Below are positions 41,783 through 55,851 of a DNA stretch of 64,000 bases, in pieces. The notes under the pieces are model-generated. The model was not told the origin of the DNA, did not search any database, and saw nothing but the letters and a program-made list of their open reading frames with translations. The position numbers were made by a program, and so were the translations under genes. Origin of the DNA: Octopus vulgaris (Eukaryota); NCBI GenBank assembly GCA_951406725.2, contig OX597816.1, forward strand, positions 91,512,001 to 91,576,000. The letters are read 5' to 3'. Numbering within the stretch: the first letter of the stretch is position 1; each line of letters starts with the position of its first letter.

Positions 41783-42451
41783 ATACGGCAAGAAATAAAT
41801 GAAATACTTACCTGCTATTAAGTTAGACATGGCCTGGACCAATCTTTGGTCGAAACATATCTAAGTTTATCTAAGTTTATACCCATGGAAGAAGCAAACA
41901 CTAAGTCATGAGCACACTTAAGTACCCCAAATATATCCAAAATAGAAATTCTCCAGCACACCTCGAGACACGTGCGATCGGACTGAAAACTCTCGTATTA
42001 TAGTCATGCTATTCAGCTCTCTTTAGTTTTGAGCCGCAGGCCTAATTACCCCTCCACAGGAGCTGGCATAAAAGTCTGCACAGAGTGCAGCTTTTAAGCT
42101 AGTTTAAAATAAAACATCTGCATACATACAATTGATAGCCAGATTACGCAAATCTGCTTCATGAGGACACAGCCTGGATTGTATTCCCTTCAACATACTT
42201 CTATGCAAACATACATACATACATACATACATACATACATACATACATACATACATACATACATACATACATACATACATACATACATTTGTGTATCTCT
42301 GAATGTCTGCATTTTTGAAATTAACATGTAAGAACAGTAATATCGATTACTATTCTAAAGAAACATCTATACTTATGGCTGATCTAATATTGCAAAGTTT
42401 GCATCAGAATTCTTCGTATTTGAGAGCAAAAGTGGAAATCACCACCACCAC

Positions 42452-42486
<35 letters not shown>

Positions 42487-42972
42487 CCACTTTTGTTGAT
42501 ATTGTTGTGTTTGTTATTGTCCTCCTCCTCCTTATTATTTTATAAAATTAATATTATTAGCCTTCATTAATTAATTGATGAATATATTAAAATCTATGGA
42601 TAATCGTTCATTCAAATAAACCTCATTTAAAAATGAAATAGGATATTCTATCATTCTTTCGTTGATTTAAGTCATTAGACGGCGGCCATGCTGGTGCACT
42701 ACGTTGAAGGGTTTTAGTTAATAATACCGGCCTCTGGACTTATTTAAGCCTAACATTTATTTTAGCACTATATTTTTTAAAAATACTAAGTTGCATATAA
42801 GAAAGAACGCAGGATTTTACATAAGCACAACACACACACACACACGCACACACACATACATACACACACAGAGGCAGACGCACGCACACACATATACACA
42901 CACACACACACAGGTAGATACACTTATACATATATATACACACATACATATGCATATATATGTACAGACATA

Positions 42973-43031
<59 letters not shown>

Positions 43032-43082
43032 GATATATATATATATATAGATATAGATATATGTATATATATATAGATATAG

Positions 43083-43117
<35 letters not shown>

Positions 43118-43126
43118 ATATATGTA

Positions 43127-43190
<64 letters not shown>

Positions 43191-43336
43191 AAAAGCAATT
43201 AAGATTCAAGTCAATTCTAATGAATTCACTTGAATGTGGTACTTAACTTAGATGCACCAGAAAACTATATGGTGTTAACCAATACAGTAGTGTGGGGTGA
43301 TTATAAACGGGAAAGAAGCAACAAGAATGGATTAGT

Positions 43337-43427
43337 TTTTAGTACAATTGTTTCATACAAAGACAGGCTTTATTAAAAGTTGCAAATATTGCAGCAGATA
43401 AAAGTGTCCCGTACTCATCAGCTAAAA
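43337..43427 (-). ncRNA. type I hammerhead ribozyme (inverted pLTR copy)
   Basis: Reverse complement of the 47100-47190 ribozyme. Confidence 0.82.
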
Positions 43428-43561
43428 CACATATGAGTTCTCCAAACATCTTAGTGGGTGAGGCTACACTCATGAAGTATTGGAGATAATTACATTAAAA
43501 GCAGATTCAGGTTGTAAACAGACTTCCAAAGTTCTTTAATGATGATGCACAGTTTTATCAC

Positions 43562-45228
43562 AAATATAAAATTACGACTAAGAATAATTTGAAAAAAGTA
43601 AACCTAGAAATGAAGGAAATTATGGAAAGATTCAAGTTAACGGATAGAACAGAGCCGCTTAAACCGTATGAACCTAGAATCAACCTTAAAGACCACAAAA
43701 GGAACTTCATGGAAAACCCTTCGGTAAGGCTTATTTGTCCAACTAAGTCAGACATTGGCCGACTTAGTAAATCTATCCTTGATACTGTTCTACCCCAAAT
43801 AACCCCTTTTCTTCCCTTAAGTCTATGGCTTAATACCGATGAGGTACTAAAATGGTTTAACTCTCTAACTAATACTAGTAGTCTGTCCTTTATTCAGTTC
43901 GATATAAATAGTTATTACTCTAGTATTTCCCCTATCTTGCTAAACAAATCACTTATATTTGCTATGAATCGCTCCCTCATATCTAGAGAGGAAATCAATA
44001 TTGTACTACTAGCTAGAAAAACATTTATTGAATTTGAAGATAAGTTATGGACTAGAGCAGATACACCTAATTATTTTGATATACCCATGGGTTCCAGTGA
44101 TTCGGCTGAGGTGACTAACCTGGTAGGCGTGTATCTATTAAAATGCATAAATAGGAATATCCCAGAATTACAAGGTGGTTTATATAGGGATGACGCTCTG
44201 TTTGTTATCCCTAGTAATAATAAATCTAGTATAGAAAGGATTAGAAAGAAAATTAATAAGTTATTTAAGGATTTCAACCTTAGCATAACGTATGAACCTG
44301 GCACTAAAATAGTTAACTTCCTAGATATTACGTTAGACCTTAACTCCAAGCTGCATTACCCATTTAGAAAGGAAGGTGAAATCACGAGATACGTAAATAA
44401 ATTATCCAATCATCCCCCAAATATAATTGAATCTTTAATCGGAAATATTTCACTAAGAATCTCAAAATTATCATCCAATAATGATATATTTAACTCTCAT
44501 TCTGAGCATTATAATGCGGCGTTATCTAGGGCAGGATACAACCAATAGATTACCTTTATTGATAAGGGGAGCTTACATATTCCTAATAAAGAAGATATCA
44601 GTAACCACGTAAGCAGCAATATAGACAACGCCCGAAATAGAAGTAGAAGTAGATTTAAGGTAACTGCAAATCTAGCGTACAAGCCCAATCATACAAATAG
44701 AAACATAGACCAAAGCATAGGTAACTCGGATAAAATCAAATTAGATAAATCAAAGAAGCATACAAATAACAGTAATAAATACAATGACTCTGGTGAGAAT
44801 ATTAATAATTCAACGAACCCTAATTCTAATTCAAGGAAATTTAATAAGAAAGATATAATCTGGCTGAATATTCCTTTCAACTGTGCGATTCTATCGGATA
44901 TACAGAGCAAATTCAAAGTAATTCTAGAAAAAAATTTCCCAATCTCTCATAGATATCATAGAATTATTTCTAAAAAAACAGTTAGGATTTCTTATTCAAC
45001 CCCCCAAATATGTCCACTTTAATAGCTAAGATTAATAATAATAACATTAAGCTAGCCAGGAAAGATAAAAATAATACCAACATGAACAACAATATACATT
45101 CAGATAAAAATACTAGCAATAATAGTAACAATACCAATAATGTAAGTAATCATGGTAGGACTTTAGATCTAAAGGATGGAGCAAAAAGATCAATAAATAA
45201 TAACACTGCTTTAGATAACAGCACTAAC

Positions 45229-45293
<65 letters not shown>

Positions 45294-45809
45294 TAATAAT
45301 AACGATAAACATACTCATGATAATCAAAATAATAGGAACATGAGACATCTATCCATGAATAATCCAACATCTGAAGTTGACCCTCCTACGTGTAATTGTA
45401 GAATCAGGTCAAAATGCCCGGCACCTGGTCTATGCGGGGTAAATAACGTAATCTATAAATGTACCATAACTACTGAGAATAACAATTTTTTTTACATTGG
45501 TTGTACTGTAAATTTTAAGAAAAGAGTTAGAAACCATATCTCATATTTTAACTTACGTCATAAAGCTGGTACCACCACGCTTTCAAATAAGATCTGGGAA
45601 CTCAAAAATAATAATAGTAATTATAACCTTAATTGGGAAATAGAAGAGCAATGCCGTATAAAAATAACAGGGTTGGTTGCCAACTCTGCTCCATGGAGAC
45701 GTATGAAATTCTAATGCATAGAAAAAATAAGAGTTTGTTAAATAACCATATAGAATTAGGTCAATTTTGTGTTCACGCAAAATTGAAGACTCTAAAATAT
45801 TTTAAATGA
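43562..45809 (+). pseudogene. RT-GIY-YIG ORF of the Naiad-type PLE, disrupted
   Basis: Frame continues past TAG at 44546-44548 (..IIWLNIPF..ISYSTP). Frameshifts near 45005 and 45650; the latter restores PYKNNRVGCQLCSME..LLN..E..CVH, ending in TGA at 45807-45809. Confidence 0.85.
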
Positions 45810-47099
45810 ATAACCGTATAGAATAATCGTAAGGAGATAGATAGACAGATCTCGCTTGTTTTTTACTAGTAAAGCATAACTTTAATATATTTTTTAAATA
45901 GATAACTGCGAGCTGTTACACTATGGTTATCTCTTTCTTTATAACTGTACCTGATTTTGAACACAAAGAAACAAATAGTACTTGTACGTTGCTTAAATGA
46001 AGTTTTAATTGACTTTATAGTTAATTTTAAATTTTAATTTTTAATTTAATCTAATTTTTAATCTGATTTAGGTAATATAACTTAAATAAAATAAGTTAAT
46101 AATACTTCATAATTCTATTACAAAATTTAATAAGTAATGCTACTCCCTTGAAAGTAGTATAAGAAATTTCAATATAATAAGCAATTCCCTCACACCTTGT
46201 AAACTGACTTCTAAGTATAAACCTATAGTCTGTCAATGTATAGATAGTAACAACAACAATATAATACAGTAACAGTAATAAATAAATTAAATTAAAGGAC
46301 CTCTTTCTAGTATTGCACTTATTTTCTCTTAATGTATTTCCCTTTAATGATAGCCTTTGACCCCTCAATCCCTTACCCTGTTCTCTCTTTAGATTCTCAT
46401 ATCTGCTTTAGCTACGTCAGGTTGGCAATTAATAGCTGTTTACTGGTCAAAAATAATATTCTCCTTATAGTTCTTAGATTCCTGCAAATTCTAAGCCAGC
46501 CTGACCGTATCCATATTTAAGAGACTTTTTTCTGTGTAGAGGGTTACCTGCGACCCTTTCCCTCTCAGTTGTCACAGTATACTCTATGTGGGCGTTTTTT
46601 CTTTTTTTTTCTTTTCTTTTTTCTTTCTTTTTTTCTTTTTTCTTATTTTCTTTTTTTCTTCTCTTTTTTCTTTTTTCTTTTTCTTTCTTTTCTTTTTTCT
46701 TCTCTTCTCTTTCCTTTTCTTTTCTTTGTTCCACAAAATTCCTTCAGCCTTTAGAAGTCATAACATAGCAGTTTTGTGAAGAGAACAGTAATGTGGCAAA
46801 TACCTTATAATATAGCATGAAATTATACCCACCTCATTGTGGATTAACCATGGATAAATTCATCGTCCGTGAGTATGAAATACCTCTTCATATCTCTGGA
46901 AATTTACACCTACACTATGGATGGATTAAACTTCTCTGTGAAGCTAATAAGCTTTTTTAAAACCTGTGATAAGACTGTGCATCATCATTAAAGAACTTTG
47001 GAAGTCTGTTTACAACCTGAATCTGCTTTTAATGAAATTATCTCCAATACTTCATGAGTGTAGCCTCACCCACTAAGATGTTTGGAGAACTCATATGTG

Positions 47100-47190
47100 T
47101 TTTAGCTGATGAGTACGGGACACTTTTATCTGCTGCAATATTTGCAACTTTTAATAAAGCCTGTCTTTGTATGAAACAATTGTACTAAAA
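47100..47190 (+). ncRNA. type I hammerhead ribozyme with long stem II in pLTR
   Basis: TTTTAG-CTGATGA-GTACGGGACA...TGTCTTTGTAT-GAAA-CAATTG-TA-CTAAAA. Palindromic stem III; GUA cleavage triplet. Confidence 0.85.
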
Positions 47191-47219
47191 ACTAATCCAT
47201 TCTTGTTGCTTCTTTTCCC

Positions 47220-47324
<105 letters not shown>

Positions 47325-47549
47325 ATGTACTTGGTTATAAGTATATAAAAAATATCAGTATATTATATAGGTATCTGTGAGTGTGTGTACGTGCGTGCAT
47401 GCGCGCGTGTGTGTGTGTATACATACATATATATAAATATATATAAAGTTAATCCAAACATGAAAACACAAAGAGAAAACACAACAACGCGAGGACGTGG
47501 AACAAATATAGTATAAATATATATACCTATACATATACATACATACTAC

Positions 47550-47960
47550 AAGTGAAGGCCTCAATAAAATGTAAGCACAACAGACCTGATATAATGATTT
47601 GGGATAGAGAAGAGAAACTGTGTACAGTTGTGGAAATTAGCTGCCCAGCTGATGTTAACATAAAGCTGACGATCGGTGAAAAGGGGAACACCTATGCTGA
47701 ACTATTGAGAAATCTGCATTTACTTTGTCCAGGTTACGAGTTCAGGTTTATACCTGTAATTATTGGGGCCCTGCGATATACAACACACTGCCTAAATACT
47801 AATCTTGAGAAACCAGAAAGGAGAAAGCTAATTCAAAGACTACAGATCCAATCCATCACTGGAACTGTAAAAATCTGTAAACTTTCCAGAAGTTTATCAT
47901 TTAAATATATATGAGCATGTCTAGATACGCAACTATATGCATGAGAATACATACATAAAA
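47550..47960 (+). mobile_element. REL-endonuclease LINE 3' fragment
   Basis: CKHNRPDIMIWD..VEISCP..EK..Y.EL..PVIIGAL; ends in (CATA)n. Confidence 0.8.
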
Positions 47961-48436
47961 CATACATACATACATACATACATACATACATACATACATA
48001 CATACATACATACATACATACATACATACATACATACATTATTGCCTCATCTTGTCAAATGATAATCGCCTCACAGTAAATAAATAGTAAGACATCTGTA
48101 CGTCATTGGATTTAAGTAACAAAAGCTTGTACAATACTTTTACCAGCACCTCCCTCGCCTCAGTAGGTTCCAGTGACAAGCATTGCAAGCTGACTGGTAA
48201 ATATTTTGCCTGCAAATTTTGTATCAGAATATTTTCTTCCAAAGAAGAGTTGCCTCCCCAACGGCTTTATCAAAAATAAAGGGAGTATCTCCTACCCTGG
48301 GAAAATCTATCTAACCCATAGATGGGACCCAGACAGGGTCTACCGTTTCAGGTCAGAACGGTCCTGGGAGTACTAGAAATTAAGAGGTGACTCCACGTTC
48401 CCCCGTAACTCAAGAATTCCCGAACAGGAACTTCCC

Positions 48437-48561
48437 ACATACATATATACATACATGCATACATACATACATACATACATACATACATACATACATACAT
48501 ACATACATACATACATACATGCATACCTATTTATATGCCTGCTTTTATGATCATACATACA

Positions 48562-48592
<31 letters not shown>

Positions 48593-48619
48593 TTATATGC
48601 CTGCTTTTATGATCATACA

Positions 48620-48650
<31 letters not shown>

Positions 48651-48709
48651 TTATATGCCTGCTTTTATGATCATACATACATACATACATACATACATAC
48701 ATACATACA

Positions 48710-48740
<31 letters not shown>
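48437..48740. repeat. compound minisatellite: (CATA)n interleaved with three copies of ATTTATATGCCTGCTTTTATGAT
   Basis: Unit seen near 48529, 48590 and 48648. Confidence 0.9.
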
Positions 48741-49129
48741 GCAGACTCAGTGCGAAGGGTTGATATGTTGATCTGCGTTTCATATAGCACAATATGTTAC
48801 GTAAGAAAGCGGGGAGGGTTGTGAATAGTTGTAAAAATGCATACAAATTACCATGATAGATAAAAATTAAGTGATGTACCTGCTCCAACATTCGATTCTC
48901 ACAAGATGATAGGTTAGTAAAAAAAGAAAACCAAACTTGCTATCTCCAATTCGGTTTACGTGCTTAACCTCACTTATAATCATGGATGTTGGGTAATGAA
49001 CAACAAACGGCAAAATGGGGCTGCTCCGAAGGATCTTTAGAGAAACGTTATTCGATAAGATGCATAGCTTGGAGATCAGTGAGTCTCACCAAGTTGAGCC
49101 GTGTCGAAGAAAATTTATGTTTGCCAATT

Positions 49130-49300
49130 CCGTATAGACGTTCTTCGGCTTTTGAAACGCCCGTACCACTTGAAACATTGCTTACGACCCATTGCCTCGT
49201 TGCCATACGCTGGCCGAAACATGCTCAATGTTTGTTTCGGTAACAGACTTCCCAAGTTTAACGTAAAATTTCACGTTGACCCTTTGTTGCTGTCCATGAT
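49130..49300 (-). mobile_element. mariner transposase N-terminal (HTH) relic
   Basis: QRVNVKFYVKLGKSVTET..AYGNEAMGRKQCFKWYGRFK, read across a frameshift. Confidence 0.65.
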
Positions 49301-49327
49301 GCCGTACCGTAATTATCATATCATGTA

Positions 49328-49725
49328 CTAGCAGTATCGCCCGGCGTTGCTCGGGTTTGTAAGGGAAATAACTATATAAGCATTTTTAGAGAATTATAGC
49401 CAAAAAATAGCAAAAAAATGCATTAAAAATGGAAAAAAAATTATGGTAAATTTTTTTTTAAATCGTTGACTCATCGTAGACATTTTTAGAGAGTTACTTC
49501 CCTTATATGATATCGAAAAAATGCATTAAAATGGAAAATAATGATGGTAAATTTTTTTTTAAATCGTAGACTCATCGTAGACGTGCGCTAATACCCAGAA
49601 GGGCTCGATATGAATCACGACTATAAGATACCCGGTTTTGGTTAAACTGCACCGCAAAATGTGGGAGTAGTTAGGAATCTAAATCGTAGGAGACAGACAC
49701 ACAACTTGACTTTTATATATAAAGA
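49328..49725 (-). mobile_element. non-autonomous Helitron
   Basis: On the minus strand it starts A|TCTTTATATATAAAAG and ends with hairpin CCCGAGCAACGCCGGG then ..CTAG|T. No TSD; internal tandem duplication. Confidence 0.85.
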
Positions 49726-50688
49726 TTATATATGTAATAATTAAATTATATATTATGCACTTTATTTGTTTTGCTATGGCTGTGATCATCCTGGTCTGTG
49801 GAAAAATCGTCTTGCATGAAACAGGTCTGAGGTGCCACAGAGACCCGGCTCAAATACTTGCAAGAAAGTAATATTCGCTAACGACAATCAGGGTAACATG
49901 TGATGTGGTTAAACAAGGTGATTGATTGAGTCTACCAGGTGATTGATTAAGTTAGCGAGATTTGAACACATAACACAAACAGCCGGAAGAAATACCTCCA
50001 AGTTTTACTTTTTTTTTTTTTACGTTTCTTTGCGCTCTGAATTCAAATTTCCTTAGTTTCGCCTATCTACTACCCTGAATTGGTATTATTTTGTTTTTAT
50101 CGACCCCCGAATGGCAAAACTGAGCACGCGAGATTTGAACTATGAACATGTAGTATAACCGGAACAAATGCGGCGAGGTATTTTGTTTCGACTTCATTCC
50201 AACTATCTTGCAACTCTACCAATTCGAAGTTTTGAAATTTTTATTCATTGAACAAATTTAATTGTAGAATTGTTGTTCATAATAAATCGTTCAAACCTAA
50301 GATTTAGTGAAAACTGTATCAAATTATGTTTCAAGCATTATATTAGATAGTTAATTATAATTGTGTGTTTGATTAAAATAGATTATTAAAAGTGTGTGTG
50401 TGTGATTATTAAAAGTGTGTGTGTTAATGAAATTTTTTATTCTTTTACTTGTTTCAGTCATTTAACTGAGGTCATGATGGAGCACCGCCTTAAAGGGTTT
50501 TAGTCGAAGAAATCAACCCCTGAACTTATTCTTTGTAAGCCTAGTTCTTATTTTAACGAACCGCAAAGTCACGGGGACGTAAACACACTAACATCGGTTC
50601 TCAAGTGATGGTGGGGGGGACAAACACAAAGACACACACACAACTACATATATATGTGTGTATGTGTGCGTGTGTGCGTGTGTGTGTA

Positions 50689-50746
<58 letters not shown>

Positions 50747-51389
50747 CAACAGGCTTTTTTTCAGTTTCCGTCTACCAAATCCACTCACAAGGCTTTGGTC
50801 AGCCGGTGGTTATAGTAGAAGACAGTGGCCCAAGGTGCCGCGCAGTGGGACTGAACTCAGAACCATGTGGTTGGGAAGCAAGCTTCATACCACACAGCCA
50901 CGCTTGTGCCTACTGTTTAACATACGTTACAGTTATTTAGAAATATTCATTATGTGCACTAATATGGATATGTTTTGTATATCAATATTTTTCCAGACAA
51001 TAACAGGATTTTTGCGTTCTTGAGACTGAAAAATTTGTAAATATAAGGGAGATAATGATGTTGTATAGCGACAAAAATTATATGCAGTTAGCTCCCTTTA
51101 ATAACATTTTAGGCTGTAGATGTTGTGAAATCGCACCCATGAGATTTACATTCTCTGTCACTATCATAATACTTCTTTATTGTCATAATCACCTCTTGTA
51201 ATATTATGATCATCACAACACCTCATATTTTTCTCCTATATTCAGCTTCAATACTAAGAGAGAAATTGAATATGAATTTATTGTTATAGCATAAATATTC
51301 CACATTAAAATATAAGTCCAAAGCAGAAGAAAATATAATTATGAGTGAAGGAAAAGAAAACCATAACAGAACATCAATTCAACACTAAG

Positions 51390-51790
51390 TGCATCAATCA
51401 GACCAACACAATAAGGGCCAACGGAACTTATTGAAGCAAACCAACATGTTTACGGCCTTACCGTGGGCGATGGCAAGGCTAAGGCGTTGGAACAGCCATG
51501 TACCCTCACGAGCATCACCTGACACCTCGGTAAGGCGAGCCGCCAACGATGATAAATAAGAACTTCGCTGTCTGCGGTTCAGCTCCTCCAAACGTCTCAA
51601 ACGCTACTGGTTGGAAGAAATGTTTCACTGACATATCCCGATACTTTAGGATTTAGTTCCTTTCGACTACGGAAGCAGAGACCCTCCCATTTACCCCATC
51701 ATCTAGGGAGTAGGAGGGAGCAAAGGAATAATTGACTGTGGCGTCCCAAATGAAGCACCTGTCTCTTGCTGGAGAGATAGACCTCTTAAA
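51390..51790 (-). mobile_element. CRE-clade LINE 3' end (REL endonuclease)
   Basis: WDATV..KY.D..FQPVAFETFGG and WLFQRLSLAIAHGKA. Confidence 0.75.
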
Positions 51791-53374
51791 TTGCGTGGGT
51801 TTTGATTTAGCTCAGACTTCCAAGTGGACAAAAACTGAGAAGGGGTAATGAGCAGGGTGGCTAGTCTCACTCAGAAATGGGCCATGAGAAAACTATCCCT
51901 GAAAGACATTCACTGAGGCTGCAACATCAGTGTTTCATTGGCGGTGGCTAGGTGTAGTTCCTGTTAGTTAGACGTGTTTTTCTGCATCTCTTCTCTTTGA
52001 CAGAGTTGCAGCCCTGATCAAGAGTAGTTGCGGCAGGGTGTCTGGTACCCAGAGTACCATCAGATGCTCGCAGTCACCAACCAGTCACGCAATGCAGTCA
52101 GTGGGTGCTACACAATGACGTAGATACGTAGATGATTAGTGGTAGGAGCGTCAACAGCTGCGGGTGAAACTCTGGGCCTTGATGAAAGTCAACTGTTGGT
52201 CTTTTCTGGAAGATATGATAAAAAAAAGATTGAGAAAAACAGAAATTCTAATCTGCAATATAGATACAAATTTCTATTTAGAAAAACAGAGACTTGTATT
52301 TCATAGTTATCGTGAGTATAGAGGTTTAGATTACGCAAATTTGAGGGAAAATGGTACATCAACTGAAATATCTATTACAAAGTGACCGAAATGCAACGTA
52401 TCTCAGTCCGGCCATATAAAATGGTTTGATATAAACCTTATCAGTTCAGGTTTTATCAGGAACAACAGCTGAAATCAATTTAGCCAAGTACCTTGCTATG
52501 TTGTTGACTCTACCATTGACATCAGCAGATTTTTTTTTTCTTGTTATCCTTGCAATATGTCACAGTAAACAGCGATATAATAAAACGATTTATACAGTTC
52601 AGCGAATTTCCTGGCGCAAGAGTGGAACATTTTTTCAACACTCTTCCCGCAATCAAAAATTAAGGGCTGTCAATAATTCTGCGTTACGGTGGGGCAAGCA
52701 CCATATAAAATGAAATGTCTAGTGTCCAAACAAATGTGCATATCATTTAAATTTGGTTCTAATTGAAACAGTAAGCTCCAATATTCAAACCAATTTGGTT
52801 TTTTTTTTTTTTTGCTTGTGTGTTTTAATTAAAGAAATTCTCCAAAATTCATGAGAAATCAAGAGTTGTCGAAATAAAATTTAAGAGCAAAAGAGTTTTT
52901 AAAATTGAGTTTTGATTTTAAATACAAAATAACTGCTATGCACTGTATTTTCCTTGTGTTTTGATTTAAGTAACCTCACACACAATATATACATTTACAG
53001 TAAGTTTAAAACTATTTGGTATGAGTCACAGTGTCTCTTTTATCTACTTTAGAACCTGACTTTAAAATCTGGCTACGCCACAGCACGGATTATATGCTTT
53101 TGAAAGGTCATACAACTCAGCAAATTTTGAACACAGTTCATTAACCCACACCACCATCATGACCACCATCACCACCATTGGTTTCTTTGTGAGCATCCCA
53201 CCCTCATAGGTCCGTGGACCCCAATTTGGGAACTGCTGATATACTGCTTATCACTATTAAGACTGTCATTCCAGCATATAAAGATAAGTCATTAAAATAT
53301 GACAATCTCTCGCTACATGTCTTATAAATACAATTACATTTATTTCATGATATTCTCATATTTGTCAGAACATA

Positions 53375-54787
53375 CAAGGGTCGGCTGAAAAGTTTATAAG
53401 CTGACCAACATACTCTCAAGAAATGTGACCAAATGAGGTTTATTTTTCAACATAGTCCCACTTGCGGTTCACACACTTCTTCAATCGGTGTGCAGTGCAT
53501 TGGTGAAAAGTCATCAACAGCAGACACGATGTCATTATCACTGCAATACTGGTTACCACCCAAGTGTTTTTCAATGTTGGAGAACAGATGATATCAAATG
53601 GGGCTAAACCAGGAGAATAAAGAGGGTGATCAACCAGTTCAAAGCCACAGTCATGCACAGTAGCCATCGAAACCAAGGATTTGTGTGTTGGAACACTGTC
53701 CCGATGAAACAAGACCCCTTTCATCAGTTTTCCAGGGCGTTTGGCCTCGATAGCCTTTCGTAATTGCCTCAGCAAGTTGGCATAGCACTCTCCATTGATG
53801 GTGTGGCCCTTTTGAAGCTGGGCAATAAACACAATGCCATTTGCATCCCAATAAACTGAGACCATCACATTCCCTGCAGATGAAATGACCTTGGCCTTCT
53901 TTGGAGCAGGTGAAAAAGGATGTTTCCACTACAAGGATTGTCTCTTTGTCTCTGACACAAAGTGATGAACACAACACTCATCATAGTTTTGGAAACGTTC
54001 AACTAGATCTTCTTCAAATAATAGATTTTTACCCGTGATGTGATCAGCTTGGTGCTCTTTTGAAGAAATGTGTCAAAAGACAGGGCACCCACCGAGCAGA
54101 AACCTTCTTCACGCCAAACTCATTCTGCAGAATATTCTCAACTCTCTCACAAGATATGCTAATAGTATTGGCTATTTGATTTATAGCCAATCGCATCTCA
54201 TCCATCAGCATGTGGTGAACATGATCAATGATTCCTTCGGTGGTTTGCAAATGCTGGACATCCAGACCTTGGGTCATCTTCATGATTCTCTCTTCCTCTT
54301 CTTAAATTCAGTTACCCACTTTTGCACTCTTGATAAAGCTGGAGCATCATCTCCTAATACAGCAACCATATCAGTATGAATGTCCTTGAGGGCTAAACCC
54401 TTTTCCTGCTGGTACTTGATAACACCACGATACCAAATATTGTTCATTTTCAAGAGAAGTCGCTACTAGTTACCGTATTTTAACGTGTATAAGGAACCCT
54501 TTTTTGTCAAAAATTAGGTTAAAAAATATAGGAGTCTCATATACATGGTTAGTATTATAATCCCTTACAAAATCTTTTTCCCAAATTTTAAGCCCCCAAA
54601 ATTAGGGGGTCCTTTATACACGTTAAAATACGGTACTTTTGAAGCGTTCTTTGAACAGTCTAATGTCAGTTTATTTGGAAAGAAACAATGCAGTTATTAA
54701 TAAGATTAGAAATTAAGGCATGCAAGATTTCACAATTCTAGTATCACTCTGTTACAGTCAGCCTATGAACTTTTCAGCCCACCCTCG
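53375..54787 (-). mobile_element. full-span decayed mariner transposon
   Basis: TIRs caagggtcggctgaaaagttt / aacttttcagcccaccctcg with TA on both sides; KVSARWVP, MVSVYWDANG, VLFHRDSVPTH, HPLYSPGLAPFD. Confidence 0.9.
54473..54633. mobile_element. Tc2/pogo-like MITE nested in the mariner
   Basis: TIRs CCGTATTTTAACGTGTATAAGG / CCTTTATACACGTTAAAATACGG; TA duplication at 54471-54472 and 54634-54635. Confidence 0.85.
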
Positions 54788-55099
54788 TATATTACAACTG
54801 GTGCTAACATTGTTGAGATTTTTGTACGCTCTCAGAAAACTAACACCAGTACACATAGAGTCGAATATGGGTTGGGGCATGTGTGCTGCGTCGTATCTGT
54901 GAGTTTAACTGGAATCAATTGCTTTCCAAGAGGTGGCTTCCATTACATTGACCTGCTTTTGACGCTATTGCTTGAAGATGAAATGTTTAATGGTGTTCTA
55001 ACGAACCTTTGGATTTCCAGACATTTTTTTAAAATCCAGAACTGGGTGACAGTAAAACAGAACTTAGGCTGTCTATCATATCACACACACACACACACG

Positions 55100-55190
<91 letters not shown>

Positions 55191-55678
55191 GCACGCACGC
55201 ACGCACGCACACACGCGCGCACACTGACACACACTAACACGCACACACTAACATGCACATACACACAAACATACAGACATGCGCGCTCTGAATCACACAC
55301 ACACACACACACAAGTCCTTGAGCTCCTGGTACTGATTCCAACATACAAGTGAACAGGGAAACGTAGACGACAACGCCTTAACTAGACTTTAACTCGAAG
55401 ACCTATAAGCTGATATTACAATACCATCTCTGCTCGGCTATTTCCTTTCAACACCTACATGATAATTTCATGTCTAGGAAAAGATAACTGAAAGATTGCT
55501 AGAAGTGAACTGTTGTGAATTTGTGTGACACACAGGGAAATATCCAAACCATCCACTTGCCACACGCAAAGGTCAAAGCAGAAATAATAGAACCACTTAG
55601 AACTACTCAACACTTATAGTAACTTCAATACTCTTGATAAAAGGTTATACTGGAATCTGAAAAATGCATGTTAATTCC

Positions 55679-55742
<64 letters not shown>

Positions 55743-55776
55743 ATACACATACAATGTATGTATGCATGCCTGTATG

Positions 55777-55851
<75 letters not shown>

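Noticed and set aside
41804-41814. ATACTTACCTG, identical to the U1 snRNA 5' end
   Set aside because: The following sequence does not resemble U1; it is better read as a minus-strand splice donor.
43562-45809. Selenocysteine recoding in the Naiad-type ORF (reported for some Naiads)
   Set aside because: The internal stop is TAG, not TGA; conserved Cys positions use TGT/TGC; no SECIS was recognised by eye.
48437-48740. CRISPR-like repeat-spacer appearance
   Set aside because: The spacers are just (CATA)n, the context is eukaryotic and there are no cas genes.
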